DNA of 64,000 nucleotides from an uncultured delta proteobacterium (GTDB lineage Bacteria; Myxococcota_A; Polyangia; Fen-1088): contig CAVYGB010000008.1 of assembly GCA_963767925.1 (NCBI GenBank), positions 2,240,001 through 2,304,000 on the forward strand. Reading direction: 5' to 3'. Below, piece after piece: positions 31,953 to 44,846 of this stretch. A program made the position numbers and the translations under genes. Position 1 is the stretch's first letter; each line of letters begins with the position of its first letter. The notes under the pieces were generated by a model. The model saw nothing but the letters and a program-made list of their open reading frames with translations, was not told the DNA's origin and made no database searches.

Positions 31953-32774
31953 ATGTTCTTGCGCGTTGCCGCGGTGCAGATGTGCTCTACGGAGGATGTC
32001 CCCCGGAACCTCGCGCTGGCCCGGAAGCTCATCACCGAGGCCGCTGCCGCGGGGGCCGGCCTGATAGGACTTCCCGAGAACTTCGCCTACCTGGGTAGCG
32101 ACCGGGATCACCGCCTGAGCATCGCCGAGTCCCTCTCCGAGAACGAGGAGGGCCCTATCCTGAAGGAGATGCGGGTGGCCGCGCGGGAAAGCCGGGCCTG
32201 GCTGCTGCTCGGGGGGTTTCCCGAAAAGCTCGCCGACGACCCGAAACGGATCGGCAACACGAGCGTCCTGCTGGATCCGGACGGTCAGATCCGGGCCCGT
32301 TACCGGAAGATCCACCTCTTCGACGTCCAGATCCCCGGCGGGCAGCAGTTCCAGGAGTCGGACAGCATCGGGGCCGGCGACGCCCCGGTGGTGGCCGAGA
32401 CCCCCTGGGGTGGGCTGGGGCTCACCATCTGCTACGACCTGCGCTTCCCCGAGCTCTACCGGGAGCTCAGCCGCCGGGGCGCCCGGTTGCTGGCCGTGCC
32501 CTCCGCCTTCACCCGCGAGACCGGGAAGGACCACTGGCACGTCCTGCTGCGGGCCCGGGCCATCGAGAACCAGTCGTACCTGTTCGCCCCGGCCCAGTGG
32601 GGCTTTCACGGGGGCAAACGCGCCAGCTATGGCCACGCCCTGGTTGTCGATCCCTGGGGCGTGGTCATCGCCGAGTGTGGCGAGCACGACGGCTACGCCC
32701 TGGCCTCCATCGATCCGGACTACCAGGATCGGGTGCGCACCAACCTACCCTGCCTTACCCACCGCCGCCTCTGA
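31953..32774 (+). CDS. Carbon-nitrogen hydrolase, Nit1/deaminated-glutathione amidase-like
   Basis: LPENF, YRKIHLFDV, TICYDLRFPE, HWHVLLRARAIENQ, GHALVVDPWG. Confidence 0.92.
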   Translation: MFLRVAAVQMCSTEDVPRNLALARKLITEAAAAGAGLIGLPENFAYLGSDRDHRLSIAESLSENEEGPILKEMRVAARESRAWLLLGGFPEKLADDPKRIGNTSVLLDPDGQIRARYRKIHLFDVQIPGGQQFQESDSIGAGDAPVVAETPWGGLGLTICYDLRFPELYRELSRRGARLLAVPSAFTRETGKDHWHVLLRARAIENQSYLFAPAQWGFHGGKRASYGHALVVDPWGVVIAECGEHDGYALASIDPDYQDRVRTNLPCLTHRRL

Positions 32775-32780
32775 CCCCGG

Positions 32781-33749
32781 TCATTCGGGCGGGGGCGGCA
32801 GGGGCGAAGACGGCGACGGCCGTGTCGGCTCCGGCGGCGCGGGGATCACCAGGGAGGCCAGCGCCGAGAGCACCAGCACGCTGGCCAGCACCCCCAGGGA
32901 GACCGCCACCGGGATCTCGTACCAGCTCTTGATCAGGATCTTGACCCCGATAAAGGCCAGGATGAGGGCGACGCCGATCTTCAGGAAGCGCAGCTTGGCC
33001 ACCAGGCCCTCGACCAGGAAAAACAGGGAGCGCAGGCCCAGGATGGCGAAGATGTTCGACGTGAAGACGATGAACACGTCGGTGGTCACGCCGAAGATCG
33101 CCGGGATCGAGTCGACCGCAAACATGATGTCGCTCATCTCCACGACGAGGAGCACCACCAGCAGGGGGGTGGCCCAGAGGACCCCGTCGCGGCGGACCAA
33201 GAACTTCTGACCCTCGTAGTGCTCGGTCGTGCGCAAGACCCGACGGGCGAGGCGCAGGGCCAGGTTTTTCGTCGGGTCGACCTCGGCGTCCTTCTGCAAG
33301 ATGATCTTGACGGCGGTGTAGACCAGGAAGGCGCCCAGCAGGTACATCACCCAGTGGAAGCGCTGGATGATGACCGCGCCGACGGCGATGAAGACGCCCC
33401 GCGAGACCACCGCGCCGATGATCCCCCAGAACAGCACACGATGAAGGTGCTCCTTCGGAACCCGGAAGTAGCGGAACACCACCAGGAACACGAAGACGTT
33501 GTCGACCGACAGGGCGTATTCCAGCAGCCAGCCCTGCAGGAACTCCGCCGCCCGCACCGCACCCGAGCGGTAGTAGATGAAAGCGTTGAAGCCGAGCGCC
33601 AGGCTGGCCCAGACCGCCGTCCAGGCGGCCGCCTCTTTCATGCGGACGACGTGGGCTTCGCGGTGGAAGATGCCGAGGTCGATGGCCAGCGCCAGGACCA
33701 CGACCACCGCGAAGATGGCCCAGTAGATGGGAGAGCCGACCGAGCTCAT
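32781..33749 (-). CDS. TerC/Alx family membrane protein
   Basis: LEYALSVDNVFVF, VLFWGIIGA, DIMFAVDSIPAI, TSNIFAILGLRSL. Confidence 0.93.
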   Translation of the reverse strand: MSSVGSPIYWAIFAVVVVLALAIDLGIFHREAHVVRMKEAAAWTAVWASLALGFNAFIYYRSGAVRAAEFLQGWLLEYALSVDNVFVFLVVFRYFRVPKEHLHRVLFWGIIGAVVSRGVFIAVGAVIIQRFHWVMYLLGAFLVYTAVKIILQKDAEVDPTKNLALRLARRVLRTTEHYEGQKFLVRRDGVLWATPLLVVLLVVEMSDIMFAVDSIPAIFGVTTDVFIVFTSNIFAILGLRSLFFLVEGLVAKLRFLKIGVALILAFIGVKILIKSWYEIPVAVSLGVLASVLVLSALASLVIPAPPEPTRPSPSSPLPPPPE

Positions 33750-34018
33750 GGCGTGGAGCCTCCTGCCGCCGGCGCGGGCGCTATCTGGACACGACGGACC
33801 GGGGGGGCCCCGCTGGCGTCGCTGGCCCCGGGAGCGGGGGCCGGGCCGACCAGCCCCTGCAGCCCCTGCATCGCCCGCTGCGAGTGGCGCTGGAGGTAGA
33901 TGACGACAATCAGCAGCGCCAGCAGCGAGACCGCCGCCAGGAGCTTGCCCTTGGGGAGAAGCTCGAAAACGCTCTTTTCATTGAACCGGTCTGGGTGTCG
34001 GTCTGGAGGTGCTCGCAC
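33746..34018 (-). CDS. Small hypothetical single-TM protein
   Basis: 3' part of ORF 33746..35134: LLAAVSLLALLIVVIYL TM helix; start uncertain; ATGA overlap with terC-like gene. Confidence 0.45.
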   Translation of the reverse strand: MRAPPDRHPDRFNEKSVFELLPKGKLLAAVSLLALLIVVIYLQRHSQRAMQGLQGLVGPAPAPGASDASGAPPVRRVQIAPAPAAGGSTP

Positions 34019-34020
34019 GT

Positions 34021-35723
34021 TCAAGATCCTGATCGAAAGATCTGCCTGAGGCGCAACCGCGCGCGACGAAAACCACGAAAGGCGTCCACTTCGGGACTGG
34101 CCAGGATGTCGACAACCGTCCCGTCGCCGGGCGCCTGGGCGGCCATCCCGAAGCCGATGGCGTCGGCCACCGTCGTCCCCTGGGCGAGCACGATCTGCAG
34201 GTGCCCTTGCCCGACCTTCCGGGACGACCGGACCTGGAGACCGGGAACCGCCACAACCGGCTCCTGGTTCGAGCTGCCGAAGGGGGCGAGGCGCCCCAGC
34301 TCCTCGGCCTGCCCCAGATCCAGCGCGCCCAGGTCGGCGGTCGCGTCGGCGACGGCCTCCAGCTCGGGGGCGGCGGCCCGGGAATGGGCCAGGGCCTCGG
34401 CCACGAAGGCCTCCCGGAACGCGCCCAGGGACTCCATCTTGACCGTCATGCCGGCCGCTGCAGCGTGCCCACCGAACACCACCAGGTGGTCCTGGCACGC
34501 GGTCAGGGCGGCGTGCAAGTTGAATGCCCCCCACGGTCCGGGCGGACCCCCGCCCCACCCCATCCTTGAAGCCGATCACGACCGCCGGACGGCGGAACCG
34601 GTCGACCAGCTTGGCCGCCACGATGCCGACCACCCCGGGGTGCCAACCCTCGGCCCCCACCACGATGGCCGCCGCGTCGGCCTGCCCCTCCGCCTCGGCA
34701 CAGGCGGCGTTCCAGACCTCCTCTTGCACCCGCTGCCGCTCCCGGTTGACCTCGTCGATCTCGAGGGCCTGGCGGTGGGCCTGCTCGTCGTCCTCGCTGA
34801 GCAGCAGGTCCAGCGCCCGCTGGGCCTGGCCCAGGCGGCCGGGAGCATTCAGGCGGGGTGTGAGACGAAAACAGACCGTGTTGGCGTCGATGGGCGTATT
34901 CGGGTCGAGCTCGGCGATCCCGCCCAGCGCGCGCAGACCGGGACGGCGCCGCGCCCCCAGCTCGCGCAACCCCGCGGTGACGAGGATGCGGTTCTCCTCG
35001 ACCAGCGGCACCAGGTCGGCGAGCGTCCCGAGGGCCACGAGATCGAGGAGCTGGCGCGGGTCGAAGGTCGACGCGGCGGGGTGATTTCCCGCGCGCAGCC
35101 GCGAGCGCAAGGTGGCGGTCAGGTAAAACGCCACCCCACAGGAGGCCAGCCCCTTGAAGCTGAAGTGATCGTCAGGGCGATGGGGGTTGATGAGGGCGAA
35201 GGCCGCCGAGGGGCCGCTCGGGCACCTGGTGGTGGTCGATGACCACCACGTCGACGCCCCGGGCGCGGCTGGCGGCCAGGGCCTCGTGGTCGCTGGTCCC
35301 GCAGTCGGCGGTCAGGACCAGCGTGCAGCCCTCGTCGGCGAACCGGCTGGCCTCGGCCGGGGAGAAGCCATAGCCCGAGAAGCGATCCGCCACCCGGGCC
35401 ACCACGTTGCCGCCCAGCGCCCGCAGGGCCAGCGTCAAGATCGCCGCGCTCGTCACGCCGTCGACGTCGTAGTCGCCGAAGATACCGATCCGCTCGCCGC
35501 GCTGCACGGCGGAGACCAGCCGCTCCACCGCCCGGTCCAGGTCGGCGATGCCCTCGGGCGTGCGCAGGTCTCCCAGCCTCGGGGTGAGGAACCGGGTGGC
35601 GGCCTCGCTGTGCTCGACCCCCCGCCGGAACAGGACCCTCGCCGTGAGGTCCCGCAGCCGGAGCGAGGTCGCGAGGGCCGCGACCCGCCCTTCATCGACC
35701 GGGGGAACGCGCCACCGTGCCAC
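34021..35723 (-). CDS. recJ: ssDNA exonuclease RecJ (frameshifts ~35180 and ~34530)
   Basis: GDYDVDG, TADCG, IDHH, ALGTLADLVPL, PRLNAPGR, HPGVVGIVA, GSAR, GGHAAAAG, LAPFG. Confidence 0.93.
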
Positions 35724-35744
35724 GGGCTGGTTCCCCGGTGGCCT

Positions 35745-37037
35745 CTAGCTGTCGCTATCTTGGTTTTCGTCCTGCTTGCGCCGGACCGGACGACGGCCCT
35801 GCCGCTCGGGGCGGTGGGTCTGCTGCTTCTTCTGGGAGGCGACGTATTTCTCGTTCAGCCAGATCAGCACCGGAATGGAGACGAAGATCGAGGAGTAGGT
35901 CCCCACGACCACGCCGACGTTCATGGCGAAGGCGAAGTCCCGGATGACGCCGGTGCTGAAGATGTTCATCGCCAGCGTCACGAGGAACGACGGTGCAGCC
36001 GGTCAGGATCGTGCGGGTCAAGGTCTCGTTGATCGACTCGTTGACCATGCGCGTCGAACTTGCGATCCCGGTGTTTTGCCGGCGTTCTCCCGGATGCGGT
36101 CGAACACCACGATCGTGTCGTTCATCGAGTAACCCGATGATGGTCAACAGGGCGGCCAGCGTGGTGAGCGAGAACTCCATGTAGGTGACGGCGAAGGCCC
36201 CCACCGTGAGCAAGGCGTCGTGCAGCAGGGCCACCACCGTGCCGGGGCCGTAGCGCAAGTCGAAGCGGAAGGCGATGTAGATGACGATGAGCAGGATCGC
36301 CCCCAGCACCGCCTTGATGCCGTCGTTGCGGAGCTGGGTCCCGGCCTTGGCGCCGACCGAGGAGACGGCCTGGATGATCACGCTCCCGGCGCCCAGCTTG
36401 GCCTCGAGATCCTCCTTGAGCTCGGTGTCGAGGCTGAGCAGGCGTCACCTCGTAGCTGTGGTCTTCGACTCCGCCCGAACTGCTGCACCGGCGCGGGGAC
36501 GACCCCCACTTCCTTGAGGGCATCGGTGAGGGTGGCGACAGCCGCCTCGGGAGCGCCCACCGCCTTGTCGAAGCGCAGGTACACCTTGTCCCCGCCCTCG
36601 GAGTGCTCGAGCCGCACCAGGGTGGCATCGCCGATCTTCTTGGCGCGCAGGGCCGCCTCGGCCTTGGCCCGCTGATCGTCGGTGAGAGGCGTGACCGCTC
36701 CCATCCGGATCATGTAGTCGTTGGCATCTTGACCGGGGGCGCTGTAGTACCGGAACACGTCGGCCCCGTGGTACCCGGCGCTCTCGAGGGCCTCCCGGAT
36801 CTGGGTCGGCTTCGACGTTCTTGCCGAAGCGGGCGATGATCTCCGATCCCCCCGCGAACTCGACGCCGAAGTTGAGCGCCTTGCCCGCGGCCGGGGATGA
36901 CGTAGGCGTTGAGCACCATCATGACCACCGTGAAGATGGACAGGGCGATGGAGATGCCGACCGCCAGCTTGCGCTTGCCCCAGAAATCGATATTCGTTCC
37001 GGGCTTGATGAACTCGATGAACCTGCTGAGTGGCCAT
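35745..37037 (-). CDS. secF: Protein translocase subunit SecF (multiple frameshifts)
   Basis: NFGVEFAGG, YIAFRF, ALLHD, LTIIGYSMNDTIVVFDRIRE, GTYSSIFVS recovered across frames. Confidence 0.9.
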
Positions 37038-37046
37038 CACGCGCTC

Positions 37047-38841
37047 CTAGATCGACAGGGTAGCGGGCGCGGCGCCCCGGCGGCTGACCATGAGGTCGAA
37101 CATCCAGCGGGACATCCACACGGAGGTGAAGAGGTTTGAGATGATGCCAATCAGCAGGGTCACAGCGAAACCACGGATGGGGCCGGAGCCATAGGAATAC
37201 AGCACGACGCCTGCCACGAGGTTGGTCACGTGGGCGTCGAACACCGTCCAGAAGGCGCGGTTGAACCCGGCGTCGACGGCGCTGCGGGGGGATTTGCCCA
37301 GGCGCAGCTCCTCCCGGATGCGCTCGTAGATGACGATGTTGGCGTCCATCGCCATGCCGATCGTGAGCACCAGGCCGGCGATGCCCGGGCAGGGTCAGGG
37401 CCGCCTCGAACGCGGCCAGGATCGCCACCAGGTACACCATGTTGAGGCCCATGGCGATGATCGCGATGAGCCCGGCGCAGCCTGTAGTAGATCAGCATGA
37501 AGAGCACGACCCCGATGCCACCCAGGGTCATGGCGAAGCTGGCCTTGGAGACGGCGTCGTCGCCCAGGGTCTTGCCCACCTTCGTCTCGTGGGTCTTCTG
37601 CAAGGGCGCCGGCAGCGACCCCGAGCGGAGCACCGCCACCAGATCCTTGGCCTCGTTCTGCAGCTGCCAGCGGATCCATCCCCGCACCAAGCGTGATGCG
37701 GCCGCGATCGTTGATCTGCGACTGGATGACCGGCGCGCTCATGACCTTCTCGTCGAGCACGATGGCCATGCGCCGGCCGACGTTCTCGCCGGTCAGCTTG
37801 CCCATCAGGTCACCGCCGCGGCGGTGCATGGTGAAGAGGACCTCGGGGGTTCCCATCTCGGAGAACCCGACCTCGGCGTTGGCCAGGTAGTCCCCGGTGA
37901 CCCCGGCCCGGCGGTGGAGCAGGTAGGTCCGCCAGGTGGCCGGCACCCGGTTGGTGCTGCCGACGCTGCCGGCCGACTCGATCGCCTCGTAGCCGAACTC
38001 GCGGTCGTTGGGGACGGCGAACTCACCTTTGAGGCCAGCGACGAACTGCTCGAGGACGGCCCGCTCCTTGGCCACCAGGTAGATGACCTCCCGCGGGGCG
38101 CCCGTCTTCTCGTCGCGCCAGCTATCGGGCTCGACGGTGATCGGGCTGTCCTTCGGCAGCGTGGCGGCGATCTTGCGCGCGTACTCCGAGGCCTGGTCGT
38201 CGACGATCTTGAACTGGAGCTGAGCGGTGCGGCCGACTGACCGACTTGATGCGCTCGAAGTCCCGCTCCTCGAGGCCGGGCAGCTCGACGACGATGTCGG
38301 TGCCCTTCTTGATGATGGTCGGCTCGGACACGCCGAACTTGTCGACCCGGTCCCGGATGCGCTCGATGCCGATGGTGAGGGCGTTCTCCTCCAGCTCGAC
38401 CACCTGGCTGGGATCGAGCCGGTAGCGGAGCAGCCCCTTGGCCCGATCCGACCCGACCTCGTCCAGCGCGTCGCGGTATTCGGCGAGGACCTCGTTGTCC
38501 AGCTTGCCGACGTCGGCCGGGTTCTTGAACTGGAAGGTAATCTCGTCGCGACCCTCACGGCCGACGGAGAACTCTCGGGTCTTCTTGTGGAGGTTGTCCT
38601 CGAGCGCCGTGGCGATCTGATCGACCCGGTTGGCCACCGCCTTCTCGACGTTGACCGCGTAGACCAGGCGCAGACCGCCGGCCAGATCCAGCCCTTGCTG
38701 GATCCGCTTTTCGAATCCGAGCTTGCGAATGATCGCGGGCCGCTTCTCGGGGTCCGGTATCAGGGTCGGAACCAGATACAGGCATGCGAGCACCGTGACG
38801 ACTCCGTAGAGAGCCGCCTTCCACCACCAGGATCGCTCCAT
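37047..38841 (-). CDS. secD: Protein translocase subunit SecD (multiple frameshifts)
   Basis: GLDLAGG, RVDKFGVSEP, VELPG, AIVLDEKVMSAPVI, LRSGSLPAP, LTIGMAMDANIVIYERIREE. Confidence 0.93.
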
Positions 38842-38858
38842 GCTGCCTCCCTGAAAAC

Positions 38859-39224
38859 CTAGGAGGAGGCGGGGGCTTTGGCGTCGGCTTTTGCCGCTTC
38901 GCCAGTGGGGCGCTGCAGACCGCTTACCGCGCTCCGCAAGATGCGCAACCGAACCCCCTCCTGCACCTGCAAGGTGACCTCGTCGTCCTTGATGCCGCTG
39001 ATCCGGCCGAGCACGCCACCGGTGGTGACGACCTCGTCCCCCTTCTTGAGCTGCCCCAGCATGTGCTGGTGAAGCTTGGCCTTCTTGGCCTGGGGCCGGA
39101 GGATCAGCAGGTAAAAGACCCCGAAGATGAGCAGCAGCGGGACGAAATTCATCAGCCCGCTTCCCGGACCTGCGGCGGGAGTGGCTGGCGCGGATTGCAA
39201 CAGGGTTATAAACACGGCGTTCAC
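38859..39224 (-). CDS. yajC: Preprotein translocase subunit YajC
   Basis: FYLLILRPQ...LKKGDEVVTTGG; directly upstream of secD. Confidence 0.95.
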   Translation of the reverse strand: MNAVFITLLQSAPATPAAGPGSGLMNFVPLLLIFGVFYLLILRPQAKKAKLHQHMLGQLKKGDEVVTTGGVLGRISGIKDDEVTLQVQEGVRLRILRSAVSGLQRPTGEAAKADAKAPASS

Positions 39225-39305
39225 GGGCGGAAACGCATAGCAGAGGGGCTATCCCGCGTCAAGGATGCCGCGGAGGTTTGAGGCCCTGGCGGCGCAGGAT
39301 CGGCC

Positions 39306-40280
39306 CTAGATGTCCTCGTCCGGGAAGGCCAGCACCTCCCGGATGTCGGGCAGGCCCAGGACGAACATCAGCAGGCGGTCGAAGCCGAGGGCGACGCCGC
39401 TGGTGGGCGGCATGTGGGCCAGCGCCGACAGCAGCTTCTCGTCGATCGGGTAGACCGTCCGCCCGCGCTGGCGGCGCGTCTCGCTCTCCTCGACGAACCG
39501 GGCGCGTTGCTCGACCGGGTCGGTGAGCTCCCCGAAGGCGTTGGCCAGCTCGAGGCCGCCCGCGTAGAGCTCGAAGCGCTCGGCCAGGCGGGGGTCCTCG
39601 GGCTTGCGGCGGGCCAGCGCGGCCAGCGGCGCCGGCCAGTCGAACACGAAGGTGGGCCGGCCGCCGGCCAGCGCCGGCTCGATCCGGTCGAGGAAGACCT
39701 GGAAGAAGACGTCGTCCCAGGCGGTCGCCGAGCCCAGGCTCACCCCCGCGGCGCTGGCCTTGGCAGCGAGCGCCGCCGCCGGCTCGTCTCCCTGCAGCTC
39801 GATGCCGGCGAGCTGCGCAAACAGCGCTCGCACCGTGGTCCGCTCGAAGGGCTCCTCCCGCGGGTGGCCCACCGCCGCCGCCACCGCCCGTACCAGCGCC
39901 TCGCAGTCGGCCGCGATGGCCGCCAGGGGCTCGCCGGCCCGGTACCACTCGACGATGGTGAACTCGGGCTGGTGGTGGGGCCCCCGCTCCCCGGCCCGGA
40001 AGGCCCGCGTCACCTGGTAGATCCGCCCGGCCCCCGCCGCCACCAGGCGCTTCATGTGGTACTCGGGCGAGGTGATCAGGAATCGCCCCTCCTCGGCGGC
40101 GATCGCCTCGAGGTGGACCTCCTGGCCGGGCGAGAACACGCGCAGGGGCGTCTCCACCTCGACGAAATCCTGCTCGTCGAAGTAGGCCCGCAAGGCCCGC
40201 AGGGCGCGGCTACGCCGCTGCAGCACCGGCAGGCGGGCGGCCAGCCGGGCGCGCTCCTCGGGTGGGCTGCGTTCGCTCAG
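39306..40280 (-). CDS. epmA: EF-P lysine aminoacylase
   Basis: FVEVETP, LITSPEYHMKRL, FRAGE...HQPEFTIVEWY, ERFELY...ELANAFGELTD, GVALGFDRL; follows efp; start approximate. Confidence 0.9.
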   Translation of the reverse strand: MSERSPPEERARLAARLPVLQRRSRALRALRAYFDEQDFVEVETPLRVFSPGQEVHLEAIAAEEGRFLITSPEYHMKRLVAAGAGRIYQVTRAFRAGERGPHHQPEFTIVEWYRAGEPLAAIAADCEALVRAVAAAVGHPREEPFERTTVRALFAQLAGIELQGDEPAAALAAKASAAGVSLGSATAWDDVFFQVFLDRIEPALAGGRPTFVFDWPAPLAALARRKPEDPRLAERFELYAGGLELANAFGELTDPVEQRARFVEESETRRQRGRTVYPIDEKLLSALAHMPPTSGVALGFDRLLMFVLGLPDIREVLAFPDEDI

Positions 40281-40287
40281 AGGGCGC

Positions 40288-40862
40288 TCAGGCGCGGCCC
40301 ACCCGCTCGAGGTACTGGCCGGTGCGGGTGTCGATCTTGATGGTGTCGCCGACGTTGATGAAGAGCGGCACGTTGACGCTGGCGCCGGTGCTGATGCGGG
40401 CGGGCTTGGTGGTGCCGGTGGCGGTGTCGCCCCGGAAGCCGGGATCGGTGTCGACGATCTTCTGCTCGATGAAGTTCGGCAGGGTGATGCCGACCGCCCG
40501 CCCCTCGAAGAACAGCACGTCGACCAGCACCTGCTCCGGCATGAACAGGGCGTCGTCGCCGACGGTGCTGCCGGGGATCGACACCTGGTCATAGGTGCCG
40601 GTGTCCATGAAGACGTGGGAGTCGGCGTCCTTGTAGAGGTACTGCATCTCCTTGACCTCGACGTCGGCCGACTCCATCCGCTCGCCCGAGCGGATGTTGC
40701 GCTCCACGACGTTGCCGCGTGAGGAGGTTCTTGAACTTGGTGCGGGTGAAGGCGGCGCCCTTGCCCGGCTTGACGAACTGGAACTCCACGACCACCCAGG
40801 GAGAGCCGTCCATCATGATTTTGAGACCCTTGCGGATGTTCTGACGCGTCGTAGGTGGCCAT
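40288..40862 (-). CDS. efp: Elongation factor P (frameshifts ~40843 and ~40718)
   Basis: [51 protein letters not shown]. Confidence 0.95.
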
Positions 40863-40932
40863 GGAAGGGCGGGATTTTATCCGGCGCTCCGCCGCGGTCA
40901 ATAGCGCCGGGGACTCGAGGCCTGCCGAACGG

Positions 40933-43113
40933 TCACTTACGGAGGTGGATGCAGGCGCTGCTGCGTCCCTTGAGCGCGGCCGCGACGCGGGAGTCGCTGG
41001 CCACCGAGGCGGGGCGGTGCCGGCGATCGATGGTCAGGAGCAGGCGGGCCGCCTCGCAGGCGTCGCCGTGCCCCTTGAGCGCCCGGGCCAGGCGGCGGGC
41101 CGCCGTGCGCCGGTCGCCCGCGGCGAGGGCATTGCGGCCCAGGGCGTAAGCGGCCACCGGGCTGCCCTTGCTGGCCCGCCGCTCGAGGTCGGCCTTCCAT
41201 CGCGAGGAGAGCCGCCCTTCCAGGGCCAGGGCGGAGAAGCTCTTGAGGTCGGGGTCGTAGTCCACCGCGGCGGGGCCGAGCCGTCCCAGGGTCGCCGCCA
41301 GCGCTCCCGGACCGCCCTGGGCGAAGGACATGCGGGCGGCCACCAGCCGGGCCTCGGGACCGGGCGGGGTCGACAGCGCGGCCGAGCTGACCTTTTCACC
41401 CCGTCCCAGCGCGATGGCTGCCTCGGCCCAGACCCGGGAAGCGAAGCTGCTGCCGACGTGGTCGCGCACCTTGGCGAGGACCTCGCTGGCGGCGTCGATC
41501 TCCCCGAGCGAGGCGAGGATGAGCGCAGCCTGGGCAGTACCGCGCACGGCGTGCAGCCCCATGACCCCCGAGGCGGCTGCCGCCCGCGCGCTCCGCACGG
41601 CGCCCGGGCGGTCCCCCTCCAGCCGCCCCACCGCGGCGGCCTCCAGCGCGCACGCGGCGCGCAGGGGCGCGTGCGCCCCACCCTGCTCGCGGCAGGCGGT
41701 CCGGGTCGGCGTGCTGTCGACCGGGCGGGAGGCCGCCCGCCCGGCCTCGCCGAGGAGCAGGCGGGCCCGCAGGTCCCCGGGGCGGCTGGCGAGCTGCTTG
41801 TCGAGCTCGGCCGCCGAGGCGGCCGCCTCCCCCGAGTCGATGAGCACGGCGGCGTGGTCGAGCGCGGCGGCGACGAAGGTCGGCGCCGAATCGAGGGCCC
41901 GCTCGAGATCGACGCGGGCTGCGCCCAGCTCGCCCCCCAGGACCTTGACCCGCCCTCCCGCATAGCGGCCCTCGGGACCGGCCGAGCCGGCGGCCAGGGC
42001 GCGCTCGGCGGCGGCGCGGGCCTCGCCCATCCGCCCCTGGGCGGCGGCGGTGATCGCCCGGGCCGCCTCGAAGGTGGCGGTCCGGGTCGGCGTCGGCGGG
42101 CGGACCTTCTCGGCCAGGTCGGCCGCTTGCAGCGCCTCGGTGGCGGCGGAAACGCCCCAGTCAGCGGCCAGCAGGGCGTCGGCCAGGGCGACGATGGCCG
42201 ACAGGTCTCCGTCGCCCGAGATCTCCAGCCCGGCCTCTTTTCCCACCGCCCGCACCTTCTGCAAGCTCTCCGCGCTGCTCTCCAGGATCTGCAGGCGCAG
42301 GGGTTCCGGGTCGACGTTGCGCCGCCGGGTCGAGCTCGGAGCGGGCGGCGAGGAGGACACCTCCGCCACCGGCGGCTCGATCGAGGGCCGCTCGCGCAGG
42401 ACCGCCACCACCAGAGCCACCGCCAGCGTCACGGCGCCGGCCAGGGCCAGGATCCGCACCCAGGACGACTTGAGGCTCTCCGGCTGGTCGATGGGCAGCG
42501 ACTGGACAGCGGGGGTCGGCTCGGCGGCGGGGTCGAAGCGGTTCAGGGGCTCGACAACCGGGGTCCGATCGTCGTCGACCGACCTGCCCGCGCCGTTGAT
42601 GGCCGGTGGGTCCTCGTGCATGCGCTCGGCCAGCCCGCGGGCGTCCTTGACCTGGGTGTGCTCGAAGTCCGAGGAGGGCCGGGGCACCCGCATGAGCGGT
42701 TTTCCGCCAGCCTGCACCAGGAGGTCGGCCACCTTGGTGTCGGCGGGCAGCAGCTCCTCGGCGTATTCGAGCAGCGTCCGGGCCCGCTCCCGCTCGCCCT
42801 CCTGGAGCGCCAGGTCGCCCAGCCAGCGAAACGCGTCACCGTGGTCGGGGTTGGCCTTGGCGGCGCCGATGAGCACCTCCCTGGCCTCGGCCCAGTGGCC
42901 GCGTCCGATCAGGGCGCGGCCGAGGGCCACCTGAGCGGTGACCAGCCGGGGATGGACCAGCAGGCCCTGCCGGCACACCTCCTCCGCCTCGTCGTCGCGG
43001 CCCCGCTCGCACAGGGCATGGGCCAGCGCCACGAACGCGGTGGAGCGTGGGTTCGACCGGGCCACGTTCCGCAAGCGGTCCAGGCCCTCGTCGGTGTCGG
43101 GGTCGGTAGACAC
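40933..43113 (-). CDS. Membrane-anchored tetratricopeptide-repeat protein
   Basis: N-terminal TPR-like (AFVALAHAL...CRQGL...LGRAL), central TM helix, Ala-rich helical repeats. Confidence 0.65.
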   Translation of the reverse strand: MSTDPDTDEGLDRLRNVARSNPRSTAFVALAHALCERGRDDEAEEVCRQGLLVHPRLVTAQVALGRALIGRGHWAEAREVLIGAAKANPDHGDAFRWLGDLALQEGERERARTLLEYAEELLPADTKVADLLVQAGGKPLMRVPRPSSDFEHTQVKDARGLAERMHEDPPAINGAGRSVDDDRTPVVEPLNRFDPAAEPTPAVQSLPIDQPESLKSSWVRILALAGAVTLAVALVVAVLRERPSIEPPVAEVSSSPPAPSSTRRRNVDPEPLRLQILESSAESLQKVRAVGKEAGLEISGDGDLSAIVALADALLAADWGVSAATEALQAADLAEKVRPPTPTRTATFEAARAITAAAQGRMGEARAAAERALAAGSAGPEGRYAGGRVKVLGGELGAARVDLERALDSAPTFVAAALDHAAVLIDSGEAAASAAELDKQLASRPGDLRARLLLGEAGRAASRPVDSTPTRTACREQGGAHAPLRAACALEAAAVGRLEGDRPGAVRSARAAAASGVMGLHAVRGTAQAALILASLGEIDAASEVLAKVRDHVGSSFASRVWAEAAIALGRGEKVSSAALSTPPGPEARLVAARMSFAQGGPGALAATLGRLGPAAVDYDPDLKSFSALALEGRLSSRWKADLERRASKGSPVAAYALGRNALAAGDRRTAARRLARALKGHGDACEAARLLLTIDRRHRPASVASDSRVAAALKGRSSACIHLRK

Positions 43114-43178
43114 CTCGGTCGGATATTACCCGTTTTCGACCGTCTGTCTCCTACCAGCCGAGCGCCCTGCCGCCAGCG

Positions 43179-44412
<1,234 letters not shown>

Positions 44413-44498
44413 GAGCGGCGCCCTTATTACTTGAGCGCGCCTGCCGACGTCAATTCACAGCTACGATACGGCGCCCCGGGACGTTAGGCTGCGCGCCC

Positions 44499-44846
44499 AT
44501 GAACGACGCCCCGCCCTCCCCCGATGACGTCCTGCTCGTGCTCGTCACGGTGCCCGACGCCGAGACCGGCGCCCGGATCGGCCGCGCGCTCGTCGAGGGA
44601 AGGCTGGCCGCATGCGTCAGCCTGCTCCCTGGCCTGCGCTCGATCTACCGCTGGGAAGGTGCGGTGCAGGACGAGCCCGAGGTCCTCTGCCTGATCAAGA
44701 CCCGGCGCGCGCTCTACGAGCCGCTGCGCGAGCGGATCGTGAGCCTCCACCCCTACCAGGTGCCCGAGATCATCGGCGTGGCGCCGGTCGCTGGGAACGC
44801 GCCTTATTTGCGCTGGATCTGGGACTCGACGGCGCCAGCACCCTGA
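44499..44846 (+). CDS. cutA: Divalent-cation tolerance protein CutA
   Basis: LVEGRLAACV, SIYRWEG, IKT, HPYQVPEII. Confidence 0.93.
   Translation: MNDAPPSPDDVLLVLVTVPDAETGARIGRALVEGRLAACVSLLPGLRSIYRWEGAVQDEPEVLCLIKTRRALYEPLRERIVSLHPYQVPEIIGVAPVAGNAPYLRWIWDSTAPAP

Noticed and set aside
39306..40901. Apparent EF-P/EpmA fusion or programmed frameshift
   Set aside because: The long ORF's N-terminal part is off-frame efp sequence; efp has its own stop at 40288 and no slippery site is evident
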